DNA from: an uncultured Alphaproteobacteria bacterium
GTDB lineage: Bacteria; Pseudomonadota; Alphaproteobacteria; Rhizobiales; Xanthobacteraceae
Direction: 5' to 3'
DNA: 64,000 nucleotides
NCBI GenBank assembly: GCA_963777635.1
Contig: CAVZSB010000004.1
Location: forward strand, 2,096 to 66,095
The notes under the pieces were generated by a model, which did no database searches, had not been told where the DNA came from, and saw nothing but the letters and a program-made list of their open reading frames with translations. The position numbers and the translations under genes are program-made. Each line of letters begins with the position of its first letter. The stretch's first letter is position 1. Below, piece after piece: positions 1 through 9,354 of this stretch.

Positions 1-4
1 AATT

Positions 5-58
5 TACACCCCGGCACCAAGCGCAAACCGAACTCCGGGCGTCGGCACGCGTTCAGAA
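5..58. repeat. Copy 1 of a ~54-bp intergenic repeat (TACAYCCCGGCACCAAGCSCAAACCGAACTCCGGGCGTCGGCRCGCGTTCAGAA)
   Basis: Matches 2423..2476 with only 3 mismatches when aligned by eye. Both copies abut the 3' end of a minus-strand gene. Confidence 0.8.
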
Positions 59-72
59 ATCCGGGGCGACGA

Positions 73-915
73 TCACTCGGGCCGCGTATTCGTGCCATCG
101 TCATCCGCCCCTCCGAACTCAGGGAGGTACCGGCCGAAGTTCAATTCGAAGTCGCTCCGAACGCCGTAACCGATACCACGGAGCTTGGGGCGGCGCGCCT
201 GCGCACTGGGCCAAGTCAGCATTGGGAAGATCATGTCGTTGCTCGACTGAAGCTCGGTAGCCGTCGGCGTCCCGAACCGATTGATCTGGGCCTTGGCTGC
301 GGCTAGCACTTCACGGTCGAATGAGGCCAGGCGCCGGACGAGCGTATCGACAAATAAGTCGAGGTTGTCATCGTCCAGCGCGCGGTTCACCCAGCCGTAG
401 CGCTCGGCGATATCAGCATCGAAATCGTCGGCGCTGAGGACGATCTCGAGTGCGCGCGAGCGGCCGACCACGCGCGGAAGCCATTCTAGCGCTCCGCCGC
501 CCGGGATCAGTCCAACGCCGACCTCAGGATTACCGAATAGGGTGTTTTGCCGACTTGCAAAGCGCATGTCGCAGGCCAGCACGAACTCGTTACCTATGCC
601 ACGTGTGCGGCCACAAATCTTGGCGATGCTCACGATCGGCGCGGACGAAAGGCGCAGGACAAAGTCGCGCCAAAGGTCCAGTATCTCTGGGCGTTCAACG
701 GCCTTGGCTACGTCGAGATGGGCAATAAAAAAATCCGGATTCGCCGACTGGAACACTACGACCTTCACGGACAAGTCCGCCTCAAGGTCGGTCATCAGCG
801 CTCCCAATTCGGCGATCGTTGCGGGAACAAACATGTTGATCGGCGGGTTGCTGAAAGTGATCGTCCACCGGCCGGGATCGGTGCGGTTAGCGTTGAACTG
901 CGAAGCGTCAGGCAT
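73..915 (-). CDS. enoyl-CoA hydratase/isomerase (crotonase) family protein
   Basis: Crotonase-like sequence (FQSANPDFFIAHLD..., GGGALEWLPRVVGRSRALE). Start set at the internal Met (MPDASQFNANR...); the upstream part of the 348-aa ORF is Ser/Arg-rich junk overlapping the neighbouring gene. Confidence 0.75.
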   Translation of the reverse strand: MPDASQFNANRTDPGRWTITFSNPPINMFVPATIAELGALMTDLEADLSVKVVVFQSANPDFFIAHLDVAKAVERPEILDLWRDFVLRLSSAPIVSIAKICGRTRGIGNEFVLACDMRFASRQNTLFGNPEVGVGLIPGGGALEWLPRVVGRSRALEIVLSADDFDADIAERYGWVNRALDDDNLDLFVDTLVRRLASFDREVLAAAKAQINRFGTPTATELQSSNDMIFPMLTWPSAQARRPKLRGIGYGVRSDFELNFGRYLPEFGGADDDGTNTRPE

Positions 916-955
916 GGCGCATCTCCTACCTTCAGAGCGTTGTACGCCGAAGTCT

Positions 956-2194
956 TCAGATCGTTTTGCGAAGCGGTCTAAAGCCCGCGCGGACCTCTTC
1001 TGAAAAGAGCTTCGGCTGTTCCCAAGCAGCGAAGTGTCCGCCTTTGTGGAGCTTGTTATAATGGATGAGTTTGGGATACGCCCGCTCGGACCAACTCCGC
1101 GGAGCTGGATAAAGCTCATCAGGGAACACGCTCACGGCGACTGGAATGGAGGAGACGCCTTTAACAGCAAAAAAGGAGGCGCCCTTGTTTTCCCAGTATA
1201 GACGAGCCCCGGAAATCGCCGTGTTCGTCAACCACGTGATCGTGATGTTGTCGAGGATGTCATCGCGCGTGAGGCCTTCGGTCTTTCCGTCGAAGGCGCG
1301 GGCGATGAGTTCGTAGCTGCGTGCGTCGTGGTCAAGAAAGTAGGCCGCCAAGCCCACGGGCAAATCGGCGATTCCGTAAAGCGTTTGCGGTCGCAACCCC
1401 ATCTGGAACCCATAGCCGATGCCCTTTGCATAGACGAAGCTTAGCCGCTCGTAAGCGAGCTTCTCGTCGGCCGAGAGACCTGCTGGCGTCGGCGCGCCCG
1501 AAAAAGCCGCTTTGTCGATGTCAAGTGGAATCACGTTTGCCATGTTGGTGTGAATGCCAAGCAATTCCGGCGGCGCCTGAACACCCATGTGGTCGACAAT
1601 GATCGCGCCCCAATCGCCGCCTTGCGCCACAAAATGCTTGTACCCAAGGCGCTTCATGAGCTCGACCCAGGCGCTTGCGATGTGAGCGGGGTCCCAGCCG
1701 GTATTGGTCGGCCTGCCCGAGAAGCCGTAGCCCGGCATCGAGGGGATCACGATATCGAACGCGTCCGATGCACTTCCTCCATGGGCCGTAGGATTAGTCA
1801 GCGGATCGATAATCTTCAGCTGCTCGACGATTGAGCCAGGCCACCCATGCGTGACAATGAGTGGCAACGCATTTTGATGATTAGATCGAACATGGATGAA
1901 ATGAATGTCCAGCCCATCGATTTCGGTAATGAATTGCGGTAAGGCATTGAGCCGCGCCTCGCACTTGCGCCAGTCGTAATCCGTTGCCCAATAGCGCGCG
2001 AGCGCCTGCATTGTCGCTAGCTGGACGCCTTGCGATGCATCCGTGACAGTCTCCCGCTCGGGCCAGTTTGCCGCGTTTATGCGTCTTCTCAAATCGCCGA
2101 GTGCTTCTTCCGAAGCTTTGAAATGGAAGGAACGAATTGCGCTGCCTTCGAGTGCTTCAGCCGAATGCGCGGGCGACGATGAACCTGCGGACAT
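956..2194 (-). CDS. epoxide hydrolase (alpha/beta hydrolase with EH N-terminal domain)
   Basis: FHFKASEEALGDLRRRI..ANWPE N-terminal EH domain and HGWPGS motif. Start taken at MSAGSSSP. Confidence 0.8.
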   Translation of the reverse strand: MSAGSSSPAHSAEALEGSAIRSFHFKASEEALGDLRRRINAANWPERETVTDASQGVQLATMQALARYWATDYDWRKCEARLNALPQFITEIDGLDIHFIHVRSNHQNALPLIVTHGWPGSIVEQLKIIDPLTNPTAHGGSASDAFDIVIPSMPGYGFSGRPTNTGWDPAHIASAWVELMKRLGYKHFVAQGGDWGAIIVDHMGVQAPPELLGIHTNMANVIPLDIDKAAFSGAPTPAGLSADEKLAYERLSFVYAKGIGYGFQMGLRPQTLYGIADLPVGLAAYFLDHDARSYELIARAFDGKTEGLTRDDILDNITITWLTNTAISGARLYWENKGASFFAVKGVSSIPVAVSVFPDELYPAPRSWSERAYPKLIHYNKLHKGGHFAAWEQPKLFSEEVRAGFRPLRKTI

Positions 2195-2422
2195 AATCGT
2201 TCTCCCCAATAAGCGAGTGGAGCTGCGACTTAAACTCGGCGTGTAATGATGCCATTGCAGCTGCACGCCGAGCAATATGCTGTGAAAAAGGTAACGCTCA
2301 TTTTACTCAAACCAAAATTCAGAAATTAAATGAAGACGTCGTTCAAAAATAATCCGAAGCGATCAGAACGCGTTTGATGAACCTTACGTGACACGGGCAC
2401 AGAAAAGCCCAAACCGAAGATA

Positions 2423-2476
2423 TACATCCCGGCACCAAGCCCAAACCGAACTCCGGGCGTCGGCGCGCGTTCAGAA
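2423..2476. repeat. Copy 2 of the ~54-bp repeat
   Basis: See 5..58. Includes the stop codon (2471..2473) of the hydroxyacid dehydrogenase gene. An extra partial copy AAGCCCAAACCGAAG lies just upstream, at about 2404..2420. Confidence 0.8.
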
Positions 2477-3712
2477 CCGCAGCGCCCGCTCGTGCCGGAC
2501 CGTGAGCGAGCGCGTCTCTTCGACGCTATGGGCGCCCAACTGCCCGAGCGCGGCCTGCGTCTCTTCGATCAGGAGATCGATGACGTGCCCGGGACCGTGT
2601 TCGCCCAGCGCGCCAAGCCCCCACAGGAAGGCTTTGCCGGCGAAAGCCGCCGCCGCACCCAGCGCGCAAGCGCGCACCACGTCGCTGCCGCTGCGCACGC
2701 CCGAATCCACCAGAACCGTTGCGCGTTTGCCGACTTGCCGCGCGATAGCCGGAAGCGCGTCGATCGGCGCCGGCAATGCTTCGATTTGCCGTCCACCGTG
2801 ATTGGAAACCACAATTCCGTCGACGCCAAGCGACACCGCCATCTCGGCGTCCTGCGGATGCAGGATCCCTTTGACGATCAGCGCCCCCTTCCAGCGATCG
2901 CGGTACATTTTCACTTCGTCCCACGTAAAGGCGCCGCGCATCTCACGCTGCCCAAACGCAATCACCTCGTTGAGCGAAGCATTCTCCCCGACATACGAGC
3001 GCAGATTGGCAAAGCGCGGGATGCCGTATTTCCGCAGCGCCATGACCCAGCCGGGCGCCCGCAGGATCTGCGCAAGAATGGCGAGATCGATGTTGAACGC
3101 GCCTGCGATCCCCGTTGCCACTTCACGAGGCCGCGTCGTGCGTACTGGCACATCGAGCGTCAGGACCAGCGCGTGGCAGCCCACTGCCTCGGCGCGGCGG
3201 ACCAGATCGAGACCGACGGCGTGGCCGTTCGCTGCCAGGCGATAGAGCTGGAACCAAAAGACATCGGGGGCGACCGCCGCGATTTCCTCGATGGTCGCGC
3301 CGCCGGCGGTGCTCAACGTGTAGGGAATGCGGGCGCGCTGCGCGGCGCGGGCAAGATGAGCATCTCCTCCCGGCCAAATGATCGACGGGCCGCCCATCGG
3401 CGCCACGCCGATTGGCGCGCTATAGCGCCGGCCGAAGAGTTCGATGTCGCACGGCGGCAGCGACGGCATGACGCCATACCGAGGGACGATCTCGATGGCA
3501 TCGAAGGCAGCCCAATTGCGCTTGATCCCGGCATCGTCCTTTCCCGAACCGCCGTCCGAATATTCAAATGCGAAATGCGGGATGTGGGTGCGCGCACGCC
3601 GTCGCAGGTAGTCGACGCTCGGGTAATGCCGATGAAGCAGTGCGTAGTGCGGGCTGCGGCTATAGGCGGATGGCTTCTCTTGTGGCGCCACTAAAGCCGT
3701 CGTGTCGTGCAT
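2471..3712 (-). CDS. FMN-dependent alpha-hydroxy acid dehydrogenase (L-lactate/mandelate dehydrogenase-like)
   Basis: Family-typical N-terminus (DYLRRRARTHIPHFAFEYSDGGSG) and C-terminal VVSNHGGRQ motif. Confidence 0.85.
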   Translation of the reverse strand: MHDTTALVAPQEKPSAYSRSPHYALLHRHYPSVDYLRRRARTHIPHFAFEYSDGGSGKDDAGIKRNWAAFDAIEIVPRYGVMPSLPPCDIELFGRRYSAPIGVAPMGGPSIIWPGGDAHLARAAQRARIPYTLSTAGGATIEEIAAVAPDVFWFQLYRLAANGHAVGLDLVRRAEAVGCHALVLTLDVPVRTTRPREVATGIAGAFNIDLAILAQILRAPGWVMALRKYGIPRFANLRSYVGENASLNEVIAFGQREMRGAFTWDEVKMYRDRWKGALIVKGILHPQDAEMAVSLGVDGIVVSNHGGRQIEALPAPIDALPAIARQVGKRATVLVDSGVRSGSDVVRACALGAAAAFAGKAFLWGLGALGEHGPGHVIDLLIEETQAALGQLGAHSVEETRSLTVRHERALRF

Positions 3713-3796
3713 GGGCTTTCTCCCGGAACGCCACCATAGCCGGTTTTGGGCGCTGCATTTTCAGCCTTTATCCTCTCGGGCCGCGGCAAACCGACC

Positions 3797-4816
3797 TCAG
3801 CGGGAATTATAAGCCCAGGTCATGTAGACGCCGCCCCAGGTGAAGCCGCCGCCAAACGCCGCGATGATGAGCCGGTCGCCGGCCTTGAGCCTCTTCTCGT
3901 AATCCCACAGGCAAAGCGGGATCGTGCCGTTAGTGGTGTTGCCGTATTTCTGGATCGTCACCATCACACGCTCCGGCGGAAGCTTCATGCGCTCGGCGGT
4001 GGCTTCGATGATGCGCTTATTGGCCTGATGCGGCACCAGCCAATCGACCGTCTTGGCCGTCAGACGGTTGCGCCGCGTCAATTCGGTTGCTACTTCGGCC
4101 ATGCGCGCGACGGCATGTTTGTAGACCGCGGCCCCTTCCTGGTGGACATAATGCAGGCGCTTGGCGACGGTTTCCGCCGACGGCGGCATGCGACTGCCGC
4201 CGGCCTTCTGATGCAGATGCTTCGCGCCCGCGCCGTCGGAGGAGATCATCGTGTCAATGATCCCGTATTTTCGGTTCGGCTCGAGAAGCACGGCGCCGGC
4301 GCCGTCGCCGAAAAGAACGCAGGTCGCGCGGTCGGTATAGTCGATGATCGCCGACATCTTGTCGGCGCCGACCACGATGATCTTGCGATAGGTGCCTGTT
4401 TCGATGAATCGCGCCGCGATGGTGAGCGCATAGACGAAGCCGGAACACGCCGCCTGCACGTCGAAGCTGCCGATGTTGCGGATATCCACCATGTCGCAGA
4501 TCAGATTGGCGGTCGAAGGAAAAACAAAATCCGGCGTGGTCGTGGCGCAGATCAGAAGATCGACATCGCCCGGCGCGGTGCCGGTCTTCTTCAGGAGACC
4601 GCGCACGGCCTCGGCGCCCATATGCGATGAACCAAGGCCCTTACCCTTGAGAATGTGCCGTTCTTTGATCCCGGTGCGTTCGACGATCCATTGGTCGCTG
4701 GTCTCCACCATCCGCGCCAGTTCGGCATTGGTGAGAATGTCGGGGGGCACATAGCCGCACACGCCAGTGATGGCGGCGTGTATCGACGATTTTCGCCTGA
4801 TGGTTTTCTTCTTCAT
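3797..4816 (-). CDS. fabH: beta-ketoacyl-ACP synthase III (KAS III)
   Basis: ITGVCGYVPPDILTNAEL...SDQWIVERTGIKERH, active-site ACSGF, C-terminal GGGFTWG. Confidence 0.9.
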   Translation of the reverse strand: MKKKTIRRKSSIHAAITGVCGYVPPDILTNAELARMVETSDQWIVERTGIKERHILKGKGLGSSHMGAEAVRGLLKKTGTAPGDVDLLICATTTPDFVFPSTANLICDMVDIRNIGSFDVQAACSGFVYALTIAARFIETGTYRKIIVVGADKMSAIIDYTDRATCVLFGDGAGAVLLEPNRKYGIIDTMISSDGAGAKHLHQKAGGSRMPPSAETVAKRLHYVHQEGAAVYKHAVARMAEVATELTRRNRLTAKTVDWLVPHQANKRIIEATAERMKLPPERVMVTIQKYGNTTNGTIPLCLWDYEKRLKAGDRLIIAAFGGGFTWGGVYMTWAYNSR

Positions 4817-4918
4817 TCGCCCGTGACGGGTGGCTGCTCGATCACGAGCGTTTCCAGATAGCAGGAGGGTTAGGGCATTGCATAGGGCGACGCCGGCAAC
4901 AAGCCATTTACTTTGGTC

Positions 4919-6121
4919 CTAGGGTGCGCCGGCGAGGTCGCGACGGCCATGCCGGGCGATATCGAGGACAATTGCCGCGGCCTTGGCGCTCGGCGCCGCA
5001 TCGAGCTGCATGATGCCATCAAGCCGCGCAAAGGCGTCGACCTGCCGCAACCGCTCCGGCGTATCGGAAAACAGCGGCACCAGTGCATCCGCAAGCCGTT
5101 GCGGCGTGCAATCGCGCTGCAAGAATTCCGGCACGACGTTCTCGCCGATGACCAGATTGGCGAGGATCACGCTGGTCAGTGTTTTTTGCAGGCCCACAAG
5201 CCGGGCAATGAGTTCCTCGATGAGCGTGACCTTGTAGGCGGCAACGGTGGGGACGCCGGCAAGCGCGAGTTCAAGCGTCACCGTGCCGGAGGCCGCCAGC
5301 GCGACACGGGCGCAGCGGAATGCGGCCCACTTCTCGGCCGGATCGACCACGATGCGCGGGGCCACCGCCCAGCCGGCAACGTCGGCGCGCGCTTCCGCGG
5401 CAAGGTGGGGCAATGTCGGCAACACCAGTTCCATGGGGCCGATGCGGCTGCCCACACGTGCCAGGGCGTCGCCAAAGACCGACAGCAGCCGGCGGACCTC
5501 GCTCGTGCGGCTGCCTGGGAGCACCAGAACAAGCGGGGGCGCGCTCTGCCGGCGCACCGCTTCGTCCGCCCCAGGACGCAACTCCGACAGCCGCTCGGTC
5601 AACGGATGCCCGACATAGGCGCAGGGGGGACCGCCGAGCCGCAGATGCGCGGCCGGCTCGAACGGCAGGATCGCGAGCACGCAATCGACATATTCGCGCA
5701 TCGCCCGGGCGCGCCCCGGCCGCCACGCCCATACCGAGGGCGAGACGTAGTCGATGATCGGGATCGAAGGCGCGCGGGCGCGCACGCGGCGTGCAACGCG
5801 GTGGGTGAAATCGGGGCTGTCTATGATGACGACCGCGTCCGGACGGGCTGCGATAATCGCATCGGCCGTTTCGCGAATGCGCCGCAAAATCATCGGCAGG
5901 CGACGCGGAATGGCGCTGACGCCGATAATGGCGAGATCGTCGATCGGAAAGGGGCTCGCGATTCCGGCCGCCGCCATGGCGCGGCCGCCGACGCCGGCGA
6001 GGTTAAGCGGCCCACCGCTGGCCATGAGCGCGCGCGCAAGCGCCGCCCCCAGCGCGTCGCCGGATTCCTCCGCCGCAACGAAGTGGATCGACAGCGGGCG
6101 CGGCCGCGGCGAGCCGTTCAT
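4919..6121 (-). CDS. lpxB: lipid-A-disaccharide synthase
   Basis: LpxB-like sequence along its length. Position downstream of lpxA-lpxI matches the conserved cluster. Confidence 0.9.
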   Translation of the reverse strand: MNGSPRPRPLSIHFVAAEESGDALGAALARALMASGGPLNLAGVGGRAMAAAGIASPFPIDDLAIIGVSAIPRRLPMILRRIRETADAIIAARPDAVVIIDSPDFTHRVARRVRARAPSIPIIDYVSPSVWAWRPGRARAMREYVDCVLAILPFEPAAHLRLGGPPCAYVGHPLTERLSELRPGADEAVRRQSAPPLVLVLPGSRTSEVRRLLSVFGDALARVGSRIGPMELVLPTLPHLAAEARADVAGWAVAPRIVVDPAEKWAAFRCARVALAASGTVTLELALAGVPTVAAYKVTLIEELIARLVGLQKTLTSVILANLVIGENVVPEFLQRDCTPQRLADALVPLFSDTPERLRQVDAFARLDGIMQLDAAPSAKAAAIVLDIARHGRRDLAGAP

Positions 6122-7014
6122 GCGGACTTTTCCTCGGGCACACCGACGAAGAAAATCTTCGCCAGATCGGCGGCTGCGGTCAGCCGTGCAGGGTCGGCTA
6201 CGATCGTTGCGCCGGCGGTGACGGCAAGCCCGGCAAGACCGGCTCGCGCGACATTCTCGACCGTTTGCGGCCCGATGGCAGGCAGATCGAAGCGGCGATC
6301 CTGACTGGGCTTTGGCGCCTTGACCAGAACGCCGACCCCCGCGGGCGTGGTCACGCGGCCCTGCCCACGCAAATCGGCGATGCGAGCAAGCAGATTGTCG
6401 GTGCCTTCAGCCGCCTCCACGCCGAGCACGTGGCCATCGGCGACGACCACCGCCTGGCCCACGTCGAACGGACCAAGCGCCGCGATCACTGCAAGCGCGC
6501 GAGCAATGTCCGTCCGATCACGCGGCGACGGCTCGTGACGACCCAGGACGCCTTCGGGCGCAACTATTTCCGGCGCCACGTCGCTCACACCAATGATGCG
6601 AACGCCGTTTTCCTCGAACAGGCTGGCCAGCCCCGACAGGAGCCGGTCGTCGCCGCCGCGAAAAAATCCGATGACTCGCGGCATCAACCGGATCGACAAC
6701 CAGTCCAGGCGGATCTGCGTAAGCGCCGGCCGCAGCATGGTGCCGATGAACAACGCCTCCCGGCAGTTTTCGGCCCGGGCGAGACGGAAGAAACGTCCAG
6801 CCTGCCCTATCGCGATCCAATGGTGCGCGTAGCGCTCGACTAGTTTGGGGTCGGCCCAGCCACGCACGGCAAACATCACCGGCCGGCGGCCGCGCCTTAC
6901 AATTGCCTCGGCGACCGCACTCGGAAAGCTGCCGCCGCCGCAAATCACCGCAACCGAAGCGGCTTCGGCGGCAACGACGGCCGTGCCCGAGGCATCAGGA
7001 TGCATCGTGATCAT
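6118..7014 (-). CDS. lpxI: UDP-2,3-diacylglucosamine diphosphatase LpxI (DUF1009)
   Basis: Sits between lpxA and lpxB, as in alphaproteobacteria. DUF1009-like motifs (FDLPAIGPQTV, GLAGLAV). Confidence 0.85.
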   Translation of the reverse strand: MITMHPDASGTAVVAAEAASVAVICGGGSFPSAVAEAIVRRGRRPVMFAVRGWADPKLVERYAHHWIAIGQAGRFFRLARAENCREALFIGTMLRPALTQIRLDWLSIRLMPRVIGFFRGGDDRLLSGLASLFEENGVRIIGVSDVAPEIVAPEGVLGRHEPSPRDRTDIARALAVIAALGPFDVGQAVVVADGHVLGVEAAEGTDNLLARIADLRGQGRVTTPAGVGVLVKAPKPSQDRRFDLPAIGPQTVENVARAGLAGLAVTAGATIVADPARLTAAADLAKIFFVGVPEEKSA

Positions 7015-7816
7015 CGTCGGCGCCGCCGCGCGCGACGCGCGGACGCATCAGGGGCCGCTTGCCGCCAGCGCGGATGAACGCAATGACCTTCTCGACCAGT
7101 GGATCGCCGGCGAACTCGCGGGCAACGGCATCGACGCAATCGGCGAGCCGACCACCGGCAAAGAAGATACCGCGATAGGCGCGGCGCAACCGGTGCATCT
7201 CGGCTCGCGTCGCGCCCCGGCGCCGCAGGCCGACGACGTTTAGTCCGACCAGCGCGCCGGTCTGGCCGAGCGCAAAGCCGAACGGAATGATGTCGTCGCG
7301 CGCGGCCGACATGCCGGCCATCATCGCGCCTTCGCCAATCCGAACGAATTGATGAATGGCGACGTGGCCGCCGAGGAAGGTATGATCGCCGACGGACACA
7401 TGACCGCCGATCACCGCATTGTTGGCAAACGTTACATCGTTGCCGACATCACAGTCGTGTCCGACATGGGAACCGACCATGAAAAAGCAGCGGTCGCCAA
7501 TGCGTGTTATCCCGCCGCCATCCTCGGTGCCCGTATTCATGGTGACGCTTTCGCGCAGCTCGCAGCGGGCGCCGATGACGAGGCGGGTCGGACCGCCGCG
7601 ATAGTGCACCGATTGCGGCGGCGTGCCGAGCGACGAGAAGGGATAGACAACAGAGTCCTCGCCGACGGTGGTAACGCCGGATACATGAACGTGGGCGATG
7701 AGGCGAACGCCGTTTTTTAGCTCAGCCTGCGGACCGATCACGCAATACGGCCCGACCTCCACTCTTTCGCCAATACGCGCGCCATCGGCAACGCGCGCGG
7801 TCGCGTCGATCGCCAT
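6995..7816 (-). CDS. lpxA: acyl-ACP--UDP-N-acetylglucosamine O-acyltransferase
   Basis: Hexapeptide-repeat protein with an LpxA C-terminal domain. Follows fabZ. Confidence 0.92.
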   Translation of the reverse strand: MAIDATARVADGARIGERVEVGPYCVIGPQAELKNGVRLIAHVHVSGVTTVGEDSVVYPFSSLGTPPQSVHYRGGPTRLVIGARCELRESVTMNTGTEDGGGITRIGDRCFFMVGSHVGHDCDVGNDVTFANNAVIGGHVSVGDHTFLGGHVAIHQFVRIGEGAMMAGMSAARDDIIPFGFALGQTGALVGLNVVGLRRRGATRAEMHRLRRAYRGIFFAGGRLADCVDAVAREFAGDPLVEKVIAFIRAGGKRPLMRPRVARGGADDDHDAS

Positions 7817-8272
7817 CTATTCCTCGGTCACGATCGCGCCGACTTCGGCCTCGGCGATCAGCGCGCTGCCGACCTTCGCTTCGGCGCGGTACCACCACAT
7901 GTTGCGGCGCTGCGCGATCTTGTCGACGTGATATTCGAGGGTGTCGCCGGGCACCGCAGGCTTCCGGAATTTGGCCTTGTCGATGGTCAAGAAAAAAACC
8001 GAACGCGGATTGTCGCGGCGCGGCATGTTGGTCAGGCACAGCACGCCTGCGGTCTGCGCCATGCCCTCGATCACCAGCACGCCAGGCATGACCGGGTTGT
8101 TGGGAAAGTGGCCGAGGAAATGCGGCTCGTTGAAGGTGATATTCTTGATGCCGATGCCATGTTCGTCGCCGCGCATGTCGATGACGCGATCGACCATGAG
8201 AAACGGGTAACGATGCGGTAACAGCCGCAAAATCTCGCGGATATCGGCAACGCCGAGGGTCTCTGCATTCAT
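7817..8272 (-). CDS. fabZ: 3-hydroxyacyl-ACP dehydratase
   Basis: [13 protein letters not shown]...[12 protein letters not shown] motif. Confidence 0.95.
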   Translation of the reverse strand: MNAETLGVADIREILRLLPHRYPFLMVDRVIDMRGDEHGIGIKNITFNEPHFLGHFPNNPVMPGVLVIEGMAQTAGVLCLTNMPRRDNPRSVFFLTIDKAKFRKPAVPGDTLEYHVDKIAQRRNMWWYRAEAKVGSALIAEAEVGAIVTEE

Positions 8273-9321
8273 CCCTCTTCACCTTCGGTCTTGCCGCGTC
8301 CGCGGGTGAGCTTCCTTACCACCGCCACTCCCTTCATGAAATCGCGTATCGGCTCCGCCGGAGATCCGACCCAGCGGCCGCCGGCCGGAATGTCGGTCAT
8401 AACCCCCGCCTTCGCGCCCAGCATCGCGCCGGCGCCGACAGTGACGTGGTCGGCAAGGCCGACCTGCCCTCCCATCATGACGAAATCCCCCACTTCCGAG
8501 CTGCCGGATATGCCGGTCTGCCCCGCGATCAAACAGTGCCGGCCGATGCGGACGTTGTGCGCAATTTGCACCAGATTGTCGATCTTGGTGCCTTCCCCGA
8601 TGACGGTGTCACGGGTCGAACCGCGGTCGATCGTGCTATTGGCGCCGATCTCGACATCGTCCTGAATGATCACCCGGCGGGTCTGTGGAATCTTCTGATG
8701 ACCTCGCGGCGAGGGAAGATAACCGAACCCGTCCTGACCGATGCGGACGCCGGGATGAATGATCACGCGATCACCGATGAGCGCATGAGTGACCGACGCG
8801 CCGGCGCCGATCGCGCAGTCGCGTCCGATCGCGACACCCGGCCCGACCACGGCACCAGCCGCGATCAGCGTGCCCGCGCCGATTTCGGCGCCGGGTCCGA
8901 TCACCGCCAGCGGGTCGATGGTCACGCCCGCCTCGATCCGCGCCGAAGGATGCACGTGCGCGGCCGCTGCATGCCCGCTGGTGCCGAACAGCGAGATCGG
9001 CCGCAGCGCCGAGGGAAACAACGCTCGCGCCACCGCAACGAATGCGCGGTACGGCTCCGGCGCGACCAGCACGGCAAGGCGATCCGGCGCCTTCGCCTCA
9101 AAACGCGGCGCCAACAGGCATGCCCCTGCATGGGTGATGGCCAACGCATCGAGATATTTTGCGTTGTCGATGAAAGTAATGTCTGAAGCGCGCGCCGTAT
9201 CGAGCGGCGCAATGTTGCCAATGCGCCGATCGACTGGAACGTCCCCACGCGGCTTGGCGCGCGTGAGCGTGACGATCTCGCCGATCGTCAGCTCGCGGTT
9301 GGTTGAGAAGAAATCCGGCAT
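8269..9321 (-). CDS. lpxD: UDP-3-O-acylglucosamine N-acyltransferase
   Basis: Left-handed beta-helix hexapeptide repeats. LpxD position between bamA and fabZ. Confidence 0.92.
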   Translation of the reverse strand: MPDFFSTNRELTIGEIVTLTRAKPRGDVPVDRRIGNIAPLDTARASDITFIDNAKYLDALAITHAGACLLAPRFEAKAPDRLAVLVAPEPYRAFVAVARALFPSALRPISLFGTSGHAAAAHVHPSARIEAGVTIDPLAVIGPGAEIGAGTLIAAGAVVGPGVAIGRDCAIGAGASVTHALIGDRVIIHPGVRIGQDGFGYLPSPRGHQKIPQTRRVIIQDDVEIGANSTIDRGSTRDTVIGEGTKIDNLVQIAHNVRIGRHCLIAGQTGISGSSEVGDFVMMGGQVGLADHVTVGAGAMLGAKAGVMTDIPAGGRWVGSPAEPIRDFMKGVAVVRKLTRGRGKTEGEEG

Positions 9322-9354
9322 GCGCCCGGCCTCAACGTAGGTCGCAAGGCGCGA

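Noticed and set aside
73-1119. Long N-terminal extensions of many track ORFs (e.g. 73..1119, 12148..13587, 19788..22244, 33174..34694, 54576..55376).
   Set aside because: The extensions overlap upstream genes and are compositionally junk. Internal Met or GTG starts give N-termini matching the conserved family sequence and show typical ATGA/GTGA coupling.
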